Positions 27,350 to 42,366 are shown, counted from the first letter of the stretch. The stretch is DNA of 64,000 nucleotides from Octopus vulgaris (GCA_951406725.2 OX597829.1:38378001-38442000); one strand, 5' to 3'. Translations and numbers: made by a program. The notes: generated by a model not told the origin, from the sequence alone.

Positions 27350-28039
27350 CAACCACGATTCAGGTTCATGTCTTGCTACCAATTAATATCTTAATTTGTA
27401 CATAGTTGTACTAACAGAGACTCATATATAGATAGAGAAAAGTAAGGTATTATCACATTTTCCTGAGTTCAGTCGCTATATCTACTATTTCACATTCCTT
27501 CCCCTAGATAACAAGCTAAGGGTTTTTCAACTGAATCACCTGACCAGTTCGTGGACTTCATTTCTTGGTTACTGCTACTACAAACTTCTCAAGTACAAAT
27601 ATCACATCTGTCCATAAATCAAACTACGTATTTTATGCTCTATGGTTTGCAGACGAGGATTAGCGAACACTTTAGATATTAATATGTTGATCTTTAGACT
27701 TTAGGACTTAAACCCATATAACACTACAGTTACCATTATTGATTTCACAACTGAAAACTTCCAAGAAGGAACTGTTATAAAATTCTTTTATTTTTTTTAA
27801 TGCGGTTTCATTCATTGAATTCTGGCTATGATGGGCTATAATCATTAAGGGTTTAATCGATCATGTTGACATCAGTGGTTATTACAGTTTGGTACATATT
27901 TTTATTGATCTTCATAGAGTACTTACGTTAACATTTTAAACACATCAGTTTTTAACAAGTGTTAGAAGCAAGCATTCCCTTATGCAAACACACAAACACA
28001 TACAGACACAAAGACAGGCACACACACATGTGTGTGTGT

Positions 28040-28117
<78 letters not shown>

Positions 28118-28153
28118 ATATATATATATATATACACACATATATATATATAT

Positions 28154-28213
<60 letters not shown>

Positions 28214-29046
28214 ATGTATTTATGTATATATATACGTGTATGCATGCTTAGGAATTGTTTGTCCATAGTGAACGGTGGTTATATTAAGTGCTCTTTCACA
28301 AATATATATGTATATATTAGTGTATGTATGGAGGTGCTAGTTTCTAATACCTATTCCGCTATATGCGATCCAGGTAGTATTAAATCAAAGTAGCTACTTA
28401 TGTATCATACTTAAAGTAAACAAATTGTTGACAGGCTAGTTCCTGCGATATCTGTTCTGAGATAACATCGCTTATGAATGTGCTATGTTAAAAGCGAAAA
28501 TATCAGGAGCAGGAGGTGGGGGACAAAAATGAGTCTCAGAAAATTTACCGTAGTAACTGGCCCCTCAGCAGTTAATATAAATTAAGTATGATGTATAGAT
28601 GATTTGTTAATTTAATAATGACTCAGTTGCATATACTGGGATTTAATTCAAGCGGGCAGCAAGTTGCAACATCAGTGACAGTTTTATTTATTGTTTCTTA
28701 TATCACAGTCGACGAATTCTGATCGCAGCATGTATCTGTCTGCAATTAAGCGTCATTTAAAATACCGAAAAACGTCAAAATTCATCTGGCATTTCTATCC
28801 ACTGGCGGAATGAATTTTCGTTTCCCTCAGATACTTTTTTATGTTTTTAACACATTACGTTGATAAGATATGTTGTGTCTGGACGAATACTGCAGTAATT
28901 CGCTTATCGACTGTATGTATGCATTAAATGTGATACATACATGCCTGTACATACATCCATACGTGCAAACACACACACGTACATACAAGTATACATGAAT
29001 ACAAACATACATATATACATGTGTGTGTGTATTTGTGTGTTTGTGT

Positions 29047-29093
<47 letters not shown>

Positions 29094-29910
29094 TGTGTGT
29101 GTGTGTGTGTGTGTGTCTGTGTCTGTATGTGTGTGTGTGTGTGTATGTGTGTGTCATTCGACGAGGTCTTGCACAATTTCCGCTTATCAAATTCTAATTA
29201 CACGTTGTTGATCGGAACCGCAACCACATGATTTTAAGGATAACTGCTTAACCGCACAACCGTGTCTGCCCCAAATAAATATATTGTGTTTCTAATAATA
29301 GAAATGCACTGGGAAAATTTTAAAGATCTATTAAATTTTTAAAACACAGCCAATCATATATTTATCCAAAAATTTCCGATAACACTCTCGATGGAATCTT
29401 TATAAGATGTGTGGTAGTGTATTGTTTTATTAAAGCTGAAGAAATAAAACCTTTAAAGAAAACTTACACTTCAACACGACAGATATTAAGCATGTTATGA
29501 TAATGAATAGAATTTCATTCCATTCAAAATTAGTAACAAAATTCAGTTTCTGATATTATTCTTACAATAATATTTTCTATACATTGTCTCAGAAAGATCG
29601 ATATTCTGATTCTGTGAGTATATTCTCATGTGAATTGCTGTCTCGAAAACAATGCTTTCTGAATACAAAAGTATATTCAGCATTCGTGCATATATCGCCA
29701 AGTCTGCGTTAAAAAACTATAACGTTATTTGCTTCGAGGAATTCATTGACCAACTGTTTACACTACAATCTGGCGTCAAATCCCCTGCTTTATTTTCATT
29801 AAATTATAATTTTCTGGGAATGATACATATGTTTATTTATGAAAAGTCTGTGTCAGTATCTTTGTTGTCATGCAAAATGAGATACTAACCATTCATTCAT
29901 TCACATACAG

Positions 29911-29945
<35 letters not shown>

Positions 29946-29988
29946 TACATACACACACACGCACGCACCGTACACACACCCATTGATT

Positions 29989-30040
<52 letters not shown>

Positions 30041-30240
30041 TGTAGGTCCCGGGTTGAGTCGGGGTTAACCACAGTAAATAAGGTACTCAATACATAGTAG
30101 AGTAAAGTAATTTATTTTATAGAAGGAGCTTCTACAGGACTAGAACTGTTTCATTCAGATGAAATCTTCAGGAGCTTCCTGAAGATTTCATCTGAATGAA
30201 ACAGTTCTAGTCCTGTAGAAGCTCCTTCTATAAAATAAAT
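30041..30240. mobile_element. (TA)n-flanked Penelope-like terminus forming a 131-nt palindrome (30110-30240)
   Basis: 64-bp perfect arms and a 3-nt centre; paralogue at 36781-36906. Confidence 0.85.
30170..30226 (+). ncRNA. Type-I hammerhead ribozyme
   Basis: AGGAGCTTC-CTGAAGA-TTTCATCTGAAT-GAAA-CAG(ttctagtc)CTG-TA-GAAGCTCCT; 9-bp stem I, GUA site. Confidence 0.78.
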
Positions 30241-30267
30241 AAATATATATATATATTATTTTTTTTC

Positions 30268-31743
30268 TTCTAAAAAGGAAACAAATCGCTTGCCGTGAAT
30301 TACCGTCCAATCTCACTCACCTCTCATATCATCAAGGTATTTGAGAGGGTGCTGAGATCGCGTATGACTCACTTCCTTGAGAGTCATAATATGCTGAACC
30401 CCAACCAGCATGGATTCCGTAATGGGAGAGATTGCCTGACGCAGCTACTGCATCATTTGATGACATTTTGAGAGCCTTGGGAGAAGGTTCCAACACTGAT
30501 GTCATCTACCTTGATTTTAGCAAGGCCTTTGACAGGGTTGATCATAAGATCCTTCTGAGAAAGCTGTCCAATATTGGTGTCACTGGAAAGCTGCTGCAGT
30601 GGATCAAGTGCTTCCTGTCTAACAGAACCCAACATGTTGTAGTCGAAGGAGTCAAATCCAGCCCAGCCAAAGTCAGCAGTGGTGTCCTACAAGGCAGTGT
30701 TGGGCCCACTTCTCTTCATCATCTACATAAATGATATTACTGACACCATCAAACACAGTAACATCAGAACCTTCGCTGATGATTCCAAGCTCCAGAAGGT
30801 CATCAATGGCGTGGATGACCGAATAAACCTTCAGTCAGACCTACTGGCTGTTGTCCAATGGGCGGAAAAGAATAACATGTTGCTAAATGAAGACAAATTC
30901 GAACTGATCCACTTTGGAAGGGAGGACGCTCTGAAACTCCTATACTCTCTTCCTTCTGGAGAAATTCTCATGGCATCCAACAACATCAGAGACTTGGGAG
31001 TAACAGTGGACAACAACATAAGCTGGGCTACACATATAAGCAGCAAAGTTGACATGGCCCGCAGAATGTGTTCCTGGATTCTCAGAACCTTCCAGTCGAG
31101 AGATTCCCACGCTATTATCCTTCTCTTCTCCACTTTTGCCCGACCCCACCTTGAATACTGCTGTCCACTGTGGTCTCCCTACAAAAACAAAATATTATGA
31201 GAATTGAAGCTCCCCAAAGGTCAATCACAAAAAAGATAGATGGCATGTCAGACCTTGACTACTGGGGTAGACTAGAGAAGCTGAAATTGTATTCACTCCA
31301 ACGACGCCGTGAACGCTACATTATCTGTATGATGTGGAAAATATTCCATCAGCACTGTCCGAATGATGTTGGCATCACCTTCAAAATACATCCAAGGCTT
31401 GGACCACGTGCCATCCGTCCACAACAAAAATCTAAATCGCATCACATAACGACAATACGGCACAACTATTTCACCTCAATTGGACCCGCTCTCTTCAACA
31501 TTACACCAGGACACGTCAAAAAAGAAACTGACCACACAAAATTCAAGAAGTCTTTGGACAAATTCCTTCAAACAGTACCGGACAAACCACCCACACCCGG
31601 ATATGTCTCCGCAAACAATAACTCTCTGCTCGAATGGGCCTTGGTGCCCAAATCCTGAACTGAAAGACTTCGCCAGGTGGTGCTATTAAGTTAGACATGG
31701 CCTGGGCCAATACAGGCCAAAACCTTTCTAAGTTATTCTAAGT

Positions 31744-31746
<3 letters not shown>
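30268..31746 (+). mobile_element. 5'-truncated CR1-group LINE, second family
   Basis: NYRPISLTS, QHGFR, YLDFSKAFDRV, LGPLLF, FADD, RPHLEYC, LYSLQRRRER; frameshifts; CTAAGTTA tandem end. Confidence 0.95.
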
Positions 31747-31784
<38 letters not shown>

Positions 31785-33756
31785 GAAATAGTAAGCTGTT
31801 TACTTCATCATTAATCAGTTTCATACAAGTATGAGCGATGCATGTGTATGATCTTAGAGATGATTTGGGGGAAAGAATGTGAAAGCTGTAGGTAGGGAAC
31901 TAGTAAGATTGCTTTATATTGGTTGGAGTTGGACACGTGATCGTATTTCTCGCAGATTTATACCTTCTGCTTTTGTGCTATATTGTACGAGGCAGGCAGG
32001 CTGACTGCTGGAACTGGCTAAAGCTAATTCTTACAAGTTCTGATATTCCAATAATAGAAAATTTTCCAATGGGAATTGCTTCCAGTGTTAGCAAATGTAC
32101 AATATCTCTGATCTCCGATTAAGATATTTCAGTACTGACTCTTAAGTTAGACAAACTTGCAGTTCTGTGACTCGTTAAAGTATGGAATGACTGTATCCAT
32201 GCGGTTATTTTGATGGATTTTCAAATGTTATTTTGATGGATTTCCACAATTATAAGTCGGGTGATTGGAAGGCGAATATATGGGTGTGCGTTTGCAGCCG
32301 CAGAATTTGATCTGAGAAGCTATTTTGTCCATGCAAGAATAACTTATCTTACCATTATACAAGTCGAAGTGCTTATGATGTTTGTGTACTGGGGGTATGT
32401 GAGTTTCTCACATATCGCGCTTATTAGATTTGGGAAATTCTTGCTTATGTTTATAATAACTTCGAGAAGTCACTACGATCATAGCTATATTAATTTCTTC
32501 TTCGTAGCTCTACTCTGTTTTATGGTCGGTGGCGTCTTATTTATATAAACTTGATTTTCACTGAAACTACTCCTGGCGAGTGTATCGTTTTAATACTTTG
32601 CTGCATTCATTAATATCTCAGGTCGAGTACAGATGACAGGATTCTCTTCTTATTCAGGCTATAAGGTTTCTAATTGTGGATTTGTCACGTAAATTAATTA
32701 AAATGAATGAATTTAAATGAATTTAAAGAAGAAAAAATGTTTGACGCAAATTGTCAAAAAGAAGTGGATGAAGTATTACAATGTAATCGTTGTTGAAATA
32801 GTTGAAAAGAAAGAAAAAAATTAAAACTGGATGGGAGAGAGAAGTAGAAAGCTCGAATTTTATGAGGTGGGTAGAGGGGAGGTATGAAGTTGTAGCGAAA
32901 ATGTGATAGATTCAACAGAGCTGGAAGAGAGAACGTTAATCTGGTTGATGCTGTAAGCGAGTGAATTTAAAACAAAAATTAAATGGAAAAACTATTTTGA
33001 GAGAGATAGGAGTGAAATAGATTAGCCAATGAGTGATTATTGCTCGCGACACTAGATTACTTATACATCAAGTACAGTCTATTTAGAATGCTAAAATTAA
33101 TTAGAAATTTGAATAGCTAAATCAGTTTGTAGCTAGAAATCTGAATTGAGTACAATTTTGTTTTCATAATTTGGAACGTCTGAAAAAAATTGGACATTTA
33201 CATAGTTGAATATATTTTCTGATAATTGTTTTAAAAAAAGTGTACGAAGTTACTCTCTATTATTTGTTATGTATTGACATCAAATATGTACAGTTTGAAT
33301 AAATATATTATTTGCTAACATGACAACATCGTGACACTTTCTTATGACGTCTTAATTTCTCTTTTCCTAAAATAATTCTATTAAAATTTTACTTGAGCTT
33401 TCTGTGAGAAAATTCTGTGAAAGATTTAGGTCAAAGTCTAAGCTAATTATGTCCAGGCGAATTTACTCCTTATAGTATTTTTTTATTTTTTTGTTTTTGA
33501 GCCAGTAGGTTGTTTAAGCTACTCGGAATACCTACAAGTGGAGTGATCACACACACGCGCATACACACACCTGTCTAAATAGATATAACCCAATAGATTT
33601 GTAATTTCATTAAATAATATATGTCGATGTATGCATGTGTGTATTTGTGTGTGTGTGTGTGTTTATATATATATGAACGTATACTTATATATGTATGTGT
33701 ATATACATGTATGCATGTATATATATGTATGTATATGATGCATATATATCTATATA

Positions 33757-33819
<63 letters not shown>

Positions 33820-33822
<3 letters not shown>

Positions 33823-34086
33823 GAGGCGCAATGGCCCAGTGGTTAGGGCAGCGGACTCGCGGTCGTAGGATCGATTCCCAGACCGGGTGTTGTGAGTGTT
33901 TATTGAGCGAAAACACCTAAAACCTCTAAGAGGCTCCGGCAGAAGGGTGGTGATCCCTGCTGTACTCTTTCACCACTCTTTCTCCCACTCTTCCTTCTGT
34001 TGGTCTGCTCGCTTAGCATGCGGGGTGGCGTCATTCGAAGGCTAAAACAATGCGAATGCATTGTGACCAGCGATGTGTAACAATAA
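33820..34086 (+). mobile_element. SINE family B (tail type 3)
   Basis: Same head and core; tail ...cattcgaaggctaaaacaatgcgaatgcattgtgaccagcgatgtgtaac. Confidence 0.85.
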
Positions 34087-34108
34087 ACATATCGGTCACA
34101 TGATCACG

Positions 34109-34170
<62 letters not shown>

Positions 34171-34299
34171 GTTTATGCTGTGTTCCAAACACTTTCCAGC
34201 ATACCATCCTGAAATTGGTGAGGATTCTCCTACAAACCACGATAAAACACACTATGTCCAATACCTTCACGTGATCATTAGATAAACAAAATATTTATA

Positions 34300-34760
34300 T
34301 ACAGAGTCTGACTCAGTTCTATACGCTTCTTGCCGTTAGGAGGAGTGATCTAACAACAATCTGAAAATGATTCACATTTATCCAAATAATGTGCGTCTAC
34401 ACAACAAAACAGGCAATCGGAAAATTGGGCTTATCGGTGATCCTCCGTCTACCGTATAACCTGGATCTGGAGTGCTCCGACTTCCAGCTGTTCTGCCCAA
34501 TAAAAGATAGGCTGTAAGGCAATGATTGGAAACACAAACGAGGCGAAAGTAACTACGAAGAAGTTGGTACAACAGTGTACATCCGAATTTTTCAAAGACG
34601 ATTCAAATGTTTGGTTTAAGGATTGTGCAAATGTATCGCTTTTTATGGAGATTCTGTTGAGTTGCACAGGGAAAGAGTTACTCTACGATCATGTGCAAGT
34701 TGAACGGCTTGCCTTAGTTAATAAAATGGTTATGCACACTTTTGCATCCATTATGAGACA
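34300..34760 (+). mobile_element. Decayed mariner transposase C-terminal fragment
   Basis: LGLSVILRLPYNLDLECSDFQLFCPIKDRL*G aligns with the mariner YSPDLAPSDFHLF motif; downstream SEFFKD. Confidence 0.7.
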
Positions 34761-35425
34761 ACCGTCGTAATTTCCAATTATCCCAGCTACTATTTCTTCT
34801 TTCACATTCACAAATTCTCAATAATTCTCAATATTTATTCTTTTAAACATTTTTCGTTAATCCAATAGAGTAATGTTTGTTCAGTATCCCATGTAATTAT
34901 TTCCCTTGATCTATACTCTGTCGACCTGAACAACGAATTATCCATACTGTAAAGAATTTGAACTATTATAGCTGGATAATTGTGCCATTTCTAGCAATTT
35001 TCAAGTAACTCGTAGCGAGTGAACTCTGTCTTGGGACGATAGAATGTTATTGATAATCGAAAGTTACTGATAACCGATTGTCGTGAATGTTCAAATCATG
35101 CCATTTCCGAATTATTTCAAAATATTTATATATTTATAGACTTATTCATTCCTAACTTAACACAGCTGAGATCTTCCCTCATCCAACCTGAATTTATGAG
35201 ACCTTTGAACTAAATGATAAAATATTCAAATAAACGGAACGCTTCCTTAACATTATAAAACTTACGAATATTGTAAAACCACATCTCTAGATATAGAAAG
35301 TGATGTTGCAAAATCACATTCTCTCATTCAAAGTTACTTAGAGTAACTTTGCATATTACTAAATACAGAAAGGTTTATATTTATTTAACTAAGTTACTGT
35401 TCAACGTTTGGCTATTTTCCTGATA

Positions 35426-36021
35426 CAGTAATCCCTCGACTATCGCGGTTGTTACGTTCCAAAGTAACCCCGCGAAGTAGAAACAGTACTATACTGTATA
35501 TTTTTTATTATTATTTTTATTTACTCTTTTACTTGTTTCAGTCATTTGACTCCGGCCATGCTGGAGCACCGCCTTTAGCCGAGCAAATCGCCCCCAGGAT
35601 TTATTCTTTGTAATCCTAGTACTTATTCTATCGGTCTCTTTTGCCGAACCACTAAGTTACGCGGACGTAAACACACAAGCATCGGTTGTCAAGCGATGTT
35701 GGGGGGACAAACACAGACACACAAACATACACACATTCATAGATATATATGACGGGCTTCTTTCAGTTTCCGTCTACCAAATCCACTGACGAGACTTTGG
35801 CCGGACCGAGGCTATAGTAGAAGACACTTGCCCAAGGTGCCACGCAGTGGGACTGAACCTGGAACCATGTGGTTGGTAAGCAAGCAACTTACCACACAGC
35901 CACTCCTACGCCTATATATATTTGTATATATTTATTTTATTATAAATCGACGTAAGCTTAAATAATAAACCGCGATAGGTAAACCGCGATAGGAGAATCA
36001 CGATATGGCGAGGGATAACTG
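35426..36021. mobile_element. pogo/Tigger-like MITE with nested SINE
   Basis: TA-CAGTAATCCCTCGACTATCGCG ... CGATATGGCGAGGGATAACTG imperfect TIRs. Confidence 0.65.
35520..35912 (-). mobile_element. Full-length SINE family A
   Basis: Reverse complement of 5323-5722. Confidence 0.92.
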
Positions 36022-36780
36022 TGTATATAATTGTAAAAAAAGCAACCATATACCTAATTCAGACTTCTAATTACAAACTGAATAGGCTGTTCAAATTTCT
36101 AATTAATTTTAGCATTTCAAATAGACTATACTTAACGTATACGTCATCTAATGTCGTGAACGGCAGTCACTCCAGTCTTCTGCTCTCAAAACTTCGCCTT
36201 CCTTATTTTGTATAACGTCTCTTACTCATAGTATCTACCAAATAAATAGTCTCTCTCTCCTCTAGTGACACTATCATATTTTTCCCATCCCTTTGAACGC
36301 CCCTTCTACTTTCCCACAAAAATAATTTTTTTTTGTTGTTTTTTTTTTCACCTATGTTCACACTTCTACTTCCTTCTGTTCTCTATCTTTAATTCCCCTC
36401 CTTTCAACTATTTAAGCAAAAATTACGTTGTAAACCCTTACTCACTCCTCTTATGAACTGCTTCGAGCGGTGAAACAAATTATAACATGTCGCACATTGT
36501 GTGTGTGTGTGTAGTTGTGTTTGTGTGTGTGCTTGTATTTGTCCATGCGTTTGCAAACAAGAATGATGTCCACGTACGCAATGGTCATTCACACACGTAC
36601 ATTTAAAAATCAACGTAAGTGATTATACAAAAGATTCTAAAAACTCACTTCTTCAAAGGAATTTTCTGAAATTTCAAAGACATCAATATAATGGGAGATT
36701 TATATCTATATACATTTCTGTGTGTGTGTGTGCGTGTGTGTGTGTGAGTAGATAGATACATACATACATGCATACATATG

Positions 36781-36901
36781 ATTTCATTTGAAGGAAACAG
36801 TTCCAGTCCTGTAGAAGCTCCTTCTATAAAATAAATTAATTTACTCTGCTATGTATTGAGTACCTTATTTACTGTGGTTAACCCCGACTCAACCCTGGAC
36901 C

Positions 36902-36906
<5 letters not shown>
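36781..36906 (+). mobile_element. Truncated copy of the 30041-30240 hammerhead element
   Basis: gaaacagttccagtcctgtagaagctcc...ccctggacctaca then (TA)n. Confidence 0.85.
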
Positions 36907-36960
<54 letters not shown>

Positions 36961-37793
36961 TATATACAAACATATATATAAATATATATATATAGACGTA
37001 CATATATATATATATATGCATGTATGTATGTATATATGTGTGTATGGGGGTATGTATGTATGCATATGTATACTCTTCAGACTTGCCCGGACAATTTCCT
37101 CACGGACGGAGATGCATGATCATGGCAATGACAAGCTGCAAAATACGGCGAAATGAGCAGTCGCTTACGGCATGATTTCGTTTCGTCTAGTTCTTAAATA
37201 TCTTGTGTTTTTCGCACAATAAATCTATTAAAGTATCTTTCCTCGGACGAAAAATTTCGTCTTCCATCTTTTCTACGACATACATACGTTAAGTGTATCT
37301 GTCATAAAGATATTAATCTCGAGCTCCCTGTCAATACATTTAAGAACCAGTGTATATTCTTATCTGTCTTTTCAATGCGTTGGCTTTGCGCCATTTGTTA
37401 AAAATAAATATTTGAATCCTCAAAAGCAAAATTCATCTCTCTAATTTATTATTTAAACGGATTTTCATTGAAGACATGCAATTGCGCAGACAATATACAC
37501 GAAGAATAAAGACCTCAGTTCAATTCATTGACCCAGCAAAGGTTAAATATCTCTAAATTGATGTGATTATAAAAGAAAATAGGGTGTTACATATGTCTAA
37601 TTAGATAATTGCTCAATACATTTAAAATATTACAAAAGGGAACGTAGGAGAGAAATTTTTCTTTCTAAAAGATAATCTCGTTTCTCAGCAGATTAATTAA
37701 TCCATTAAAGCAATATGATTATGTTTTTCTGTTGTAATAACAGATTTTCTTTTTAGTTTCCTAAGTGATGAACATTATATATATATATATACA

Positions 37794-37835
<42 letters not shown>

Positions 37836-38109
37836 TATGTATACATATATATATATACACACACACATATATAATGAGACAGTTGAGAGACATTCAAGGA
37901 ATCACTAAGCAATTACTTCCATAGCAAAGATTCAGATATTGATTATAATTAATTAAATTGACTTGCTTAATGATCGACAGCTTTTACTAATTAGATAGTG
38001 CTTAAGGTTGAGATACGACGAGATGATATCAAATTTTAAATAAATTAATCATTAAAATTATACACATTTCAACACATGTGAGATGATGAATATATCTATC
38101 CATATAAAT

Positions 38110-38451
<342 letters not shown>

Positions 38452-38918
38452 CATGCTTGCAGCACGGCGGAATTTGTTGAAAATCAGTATGTTGTAGAGG
38501 GTGATATCAAAGCGATAGAACATTCAATATCAAAATTAACAATACCAAAGAAAGTCAAATGTTACTTCTGAAATATTTAATTAGTCTTCACACACACACA
38601 CATACATGCAAACACGCAGAAACACTCAGCGACACACACACACAGCTAGACACACGCACACACATACACACTATGCTACTTAAAAACTTTGCAAATGAGC
38701 TTTTAACTCGAAATAGCAGGACTAATTAAATATCTCTGAGGTAATATTTCAATTTCTTTGTTATTGCTATTTTTAATTATCTAATATTTCGTCTGTACTG
38801 CTACAGACTTGTACGACACACGAGTAATATAACGTGTGTGTGTATGTGTGTATGTGTGTGTGTGTGTGTCTTCTGCATTGCTACAGACTTCTACAGCACA
38901 CAGGTAATATATGTGTGC

Positions 38919-38953
<35 letters not shown>

Positions 38954-38960
38954 TTATATA

Positions 38961-39138
38961 TTCGCCATGATAGATCGCTAGCCACTAAACATTTTTCTAT
39001 TTTCTCTCCGTTTATTTCTGTGTTTCTTTCTGATGAAGAACATAGGCTCGAAACGTAAAAGACTTTCTCACTTCATGAGCGTTAAACTAATACATCTGTT
39101 TGCTGTTTACACAACCGTCTTCGTCTTTTGTCTTTGTG

Positions 39139-39140
<2 letters not shown>
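38961..39140 (+). mobile_element. (TA)n-flanked element with minimal hammerhead-like motif (39025-39062)
   Basis: TCTTT-CTGATGA-A-GAAC-ATAG-GCTC-GAAAC-GTA-AAAGA; paralogue of 4137-4337. Confidence 0.72.
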
Positions 39141-39181
<41 letters not shown>

Positions 39182-39526
39182 AACACGCATGCATTTAAGT
39201 ATATATGTGCGTGTATATACATACATACAATGGTTGTCCTCTCGCTATCAAATACGACCACCTTTCTAACGCTAACAGTATAGACGTCGTGCCAATCTAT
39301 AATGAATTCTCACGGCTTCATAGACTTACACCAGTATGGTAAGACCAAAATTCAGACCCTTACACATCATTAACATTTCAAAGAGGGAAGCTGCTATGCA
39401 GCTAATCGAGGTACATTTTGTGTCCATACGAGTAAGGAAACTATGGAAGAGGCAGTAGTTTTTTTCTTTAGGTACGGCTGTGATAAGAAGTTCAACATTG
39501 TAAAAAAAAAAATATATATATATTTC

Positions 39527-39647
39527 CCACCACATGGTTCTGCGTTCATTCCAACTGCGTGACATTTTGGGCAAGTGTCTTCTACAATAGCTTCAGGTCA
39601 ACCAAAGCCTTGTGGGAGATTTGTCGACGGAAACTGAAAGAAGCCTG

Positions 39648-39687
<40 letters not shown>

Positions 39688-39881
39688 CGTTTTCGTGTGT
39701 GTTCTTGCTCCACTTACTCCATTCCCAGAATAGAGTAAGTGGAGCAAGAACACACACGAAAATGAAAAGTGTCACTGAAGAGGTCACAGATGTGTAACGA
39801 AAGATTTTCGGACAATAGACATGAGTTAAGATAATAAAATAAGAACAGTAGTGAGTGAAGAAATAATATATACCAATACAA

Positions 39882-39950
<69 letters not shown>

Positions 39951-40180
39951 TGTATATCTATATGTGTGTGTCTTTAAGTCTATATTTGTTCCCCACTACT
40001 GCTTGACAACCGGTGCTGGTGTGTTTACGTCGCCGTAACTTAGCAGTTCGGCAAAAGAATCCGATAGAATAATGACCAGGCTTAAAATAATGAGTTCTGG
40101 GGTCGATTCATTCCTCTAAAAATTCTCCGGTGCAGTGTCCAATCACAGCTTCGGTCTAATGACTGAAACAAATAAAAGAT
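39527..40180 (+). mobile_element. SINE family A with an insertion in its internal (TA)n
   Basis: Head/core at 39527-39650; tail at 39960-40180. Confidence 0.8.
39685..39880 (+). mobile_element. Hairpin + hammerhead-like insert nested in the SINE
   Basis: About 40-bp stem at 39685-39767, then TGTCA-CTGAAGA-GGTCACAGATGTGTAAC-GAAAG-ATTTTC-GGACA. Confidence 0.65.
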
Positions 40181-40320
40181 TCATCACTCTGATTACTACA
40201 ACAAAGGATCCACTGTCTAAAATGAAAGGAAGCAAAAAAGACTGCGTGAAAAGTACCTATGCACATTTTTATAGAGATAAACATACGAGTGCTTTCCTTT
40301 AACTGTTTGAAGCTGTTAAG

Positions 40321-40539
40321 CCTTTCGTTACTGTATTTATTTCGAGATGCTTTGTGTGTGTTCCTATTATTTTAAGTATAACAAAGAATTTAGTAAAATA
40401 ACTTAGTTATGATTAAGCTAGTGTTAGGAACATAAATCGTGACTAAGGTTTGGTGGAAGATTTTAATTCAAAACTTATGAAAACAAGACATTTGTACTAA
40501 AGAGCCAGAGCCGGTTTCAGCCGGGTTGGTAACGAAAGG
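40321..40539. mobile_element. piggyBac-like MITE
   Basis: TTAA at 40316; TIR CCTTTCGTTAC / GTAACGAAAGG; decayed relative at about 47280-47945. Confidence 0.6.
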
Positions 40540-41241
40540 AAGCCAAAAAAACCGAATCAGACAAGATGATAAAAGACTACAATCGCTGTTGGTCTGAAGT
40601 GAAAGCATTTTTCTCGCATGTGCATTTATATACATTTATAATATACATACCTAAATGTGTGTGTGCGTGCATGTATGTGTGTACGTGTGTGTGTGTGTGT
40701 GTGCATGCTTCTGTGCGTGCATTAGTTGACTCTTCGTCAACTCTTTGACAGGTTTTGTTTTCTATAGAGCCGAGTGTTCAAAAATCATCTTCCTAAACTA
40801 CTAATCTTTGGTTGTATTCCTAGTCGTGTAATAGGGAGACATACTCTTTTTCTGTCAGTCTACCGGCTGCCCTGTCTGTCTTTTCATACCTCTCTATCTC
40901 TTCCTTAATTTATCACGTGCTCGATGTTATACTTGGTCAAGAGCGGGTGAGCTGAGGATTGTCTGTCTGCTCGCGATTACACAGGTGTCTAAGCTCTCAA
41001 GCCATTCATACTCATTTGAGATCCACTTAATTCTTTTTGTGTAAAACAAGATCGCTTCCTTCTGCTTCTGGTCCGTTCCAGCAACAACATTTCCAATAAA
41101 CAGCAAATCCCCTCATTTGGCAAAATTAACAATTATTTCAAAAATTACGGAGAGACAAAATGAGTAACTAAGGCCGATAGACATATTCTTCAAAGCATAA
41201 AATTGTTGTTTATTGGACAAAGTCGATTAAATCAAAGTTTC

Positions 41242-41258
41242 TATTATTATTATTATTA

Positions 41259-41346
<88 letters not shown>
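41242..41346. repeat. (TTA)n microsatellite
   Basis: Direct reading. Confidence 0.97.
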
Positions 41347-41347
<1 letters not shown>

Positions 41348-41777
41348 TTATTTAATCAACTCCATTTTTACGAAAGGTGAAAAAAAAAATAGAAAAAAGA
41401 AAAATAGGTGAGGCATGAACTTAAGTCATAAAATGAGAAAACTAAATGCTGCTTCAAACCGTATCTTCTGATGCTCAACCGATTCAAAGAATTGAAATTC
41501 GAAAAGAGAAAAGTGAAAAAAATTATATATTAAAAAAAAAAAAAAAAATTGACAATGTTATTATTATCTTTTTCATTAACCTTGGTCAAGATTCTTGGAT
41601 GAATGTTATGTTATTTCTTTTCCTGCAGTTTTATTTTGATTTTCTCAATCATTTTAAACGTAAACAGTAGAATGAAAATTAAAGCACAGTTTATTTTCCT
41701 TTCTTTTTCACATTTTACATCAACAGGAAATTAACATAGCAGGGGAAGCCAAAAAAATAATAATAATAATAATAATA

Positions 41778-41810
<33 letters not shown>

Positions 41811-42310
41811 GTCGTTGTTGTTATTGTTGCTGTCTTTGATGATGATGATAATAGTAATAATAAAATAAAGGCTTAAAAAACTAAATACGCAATTCCAAAG
41901 AAGCATTAAAATAAATAAATAATAATGGTAGAGAAACAACAACGAAAAACGTAACTAAATGTAAACTTGTCGGACATTTGCTGTGTTACTTCATAAATAA
42001 ACAAAATATAAAAGGATAACAAAATAGAAAAAAAAATGTTTAATAGATAAATGAAAACAACTGTCATTTTATGAAAACTGTGTGTAGTGTTGAATTCTAG
42101 AATATTTGCATCAACTACTTCCTGGGATTGAAATTTGGTAACGAATTTAAAGAATGAAATTTCAAGCAAAAACACAAGATATGCTATTATTTATAATGAT
42201 TATTTTCTTCGAGGAGTGAAGGGGATGATTTATATTTATTTTATCAATTATTTTTTTTTTTATGGAATACGATGTTGTCGGTTCTGTTTCTCAGCCTTTT
42301 GTTTTCCCTG

Positions 42311-42348
<38 letters not shown>

Positions 42349-42366
42349 TGATATTGTTGTTGTTTT

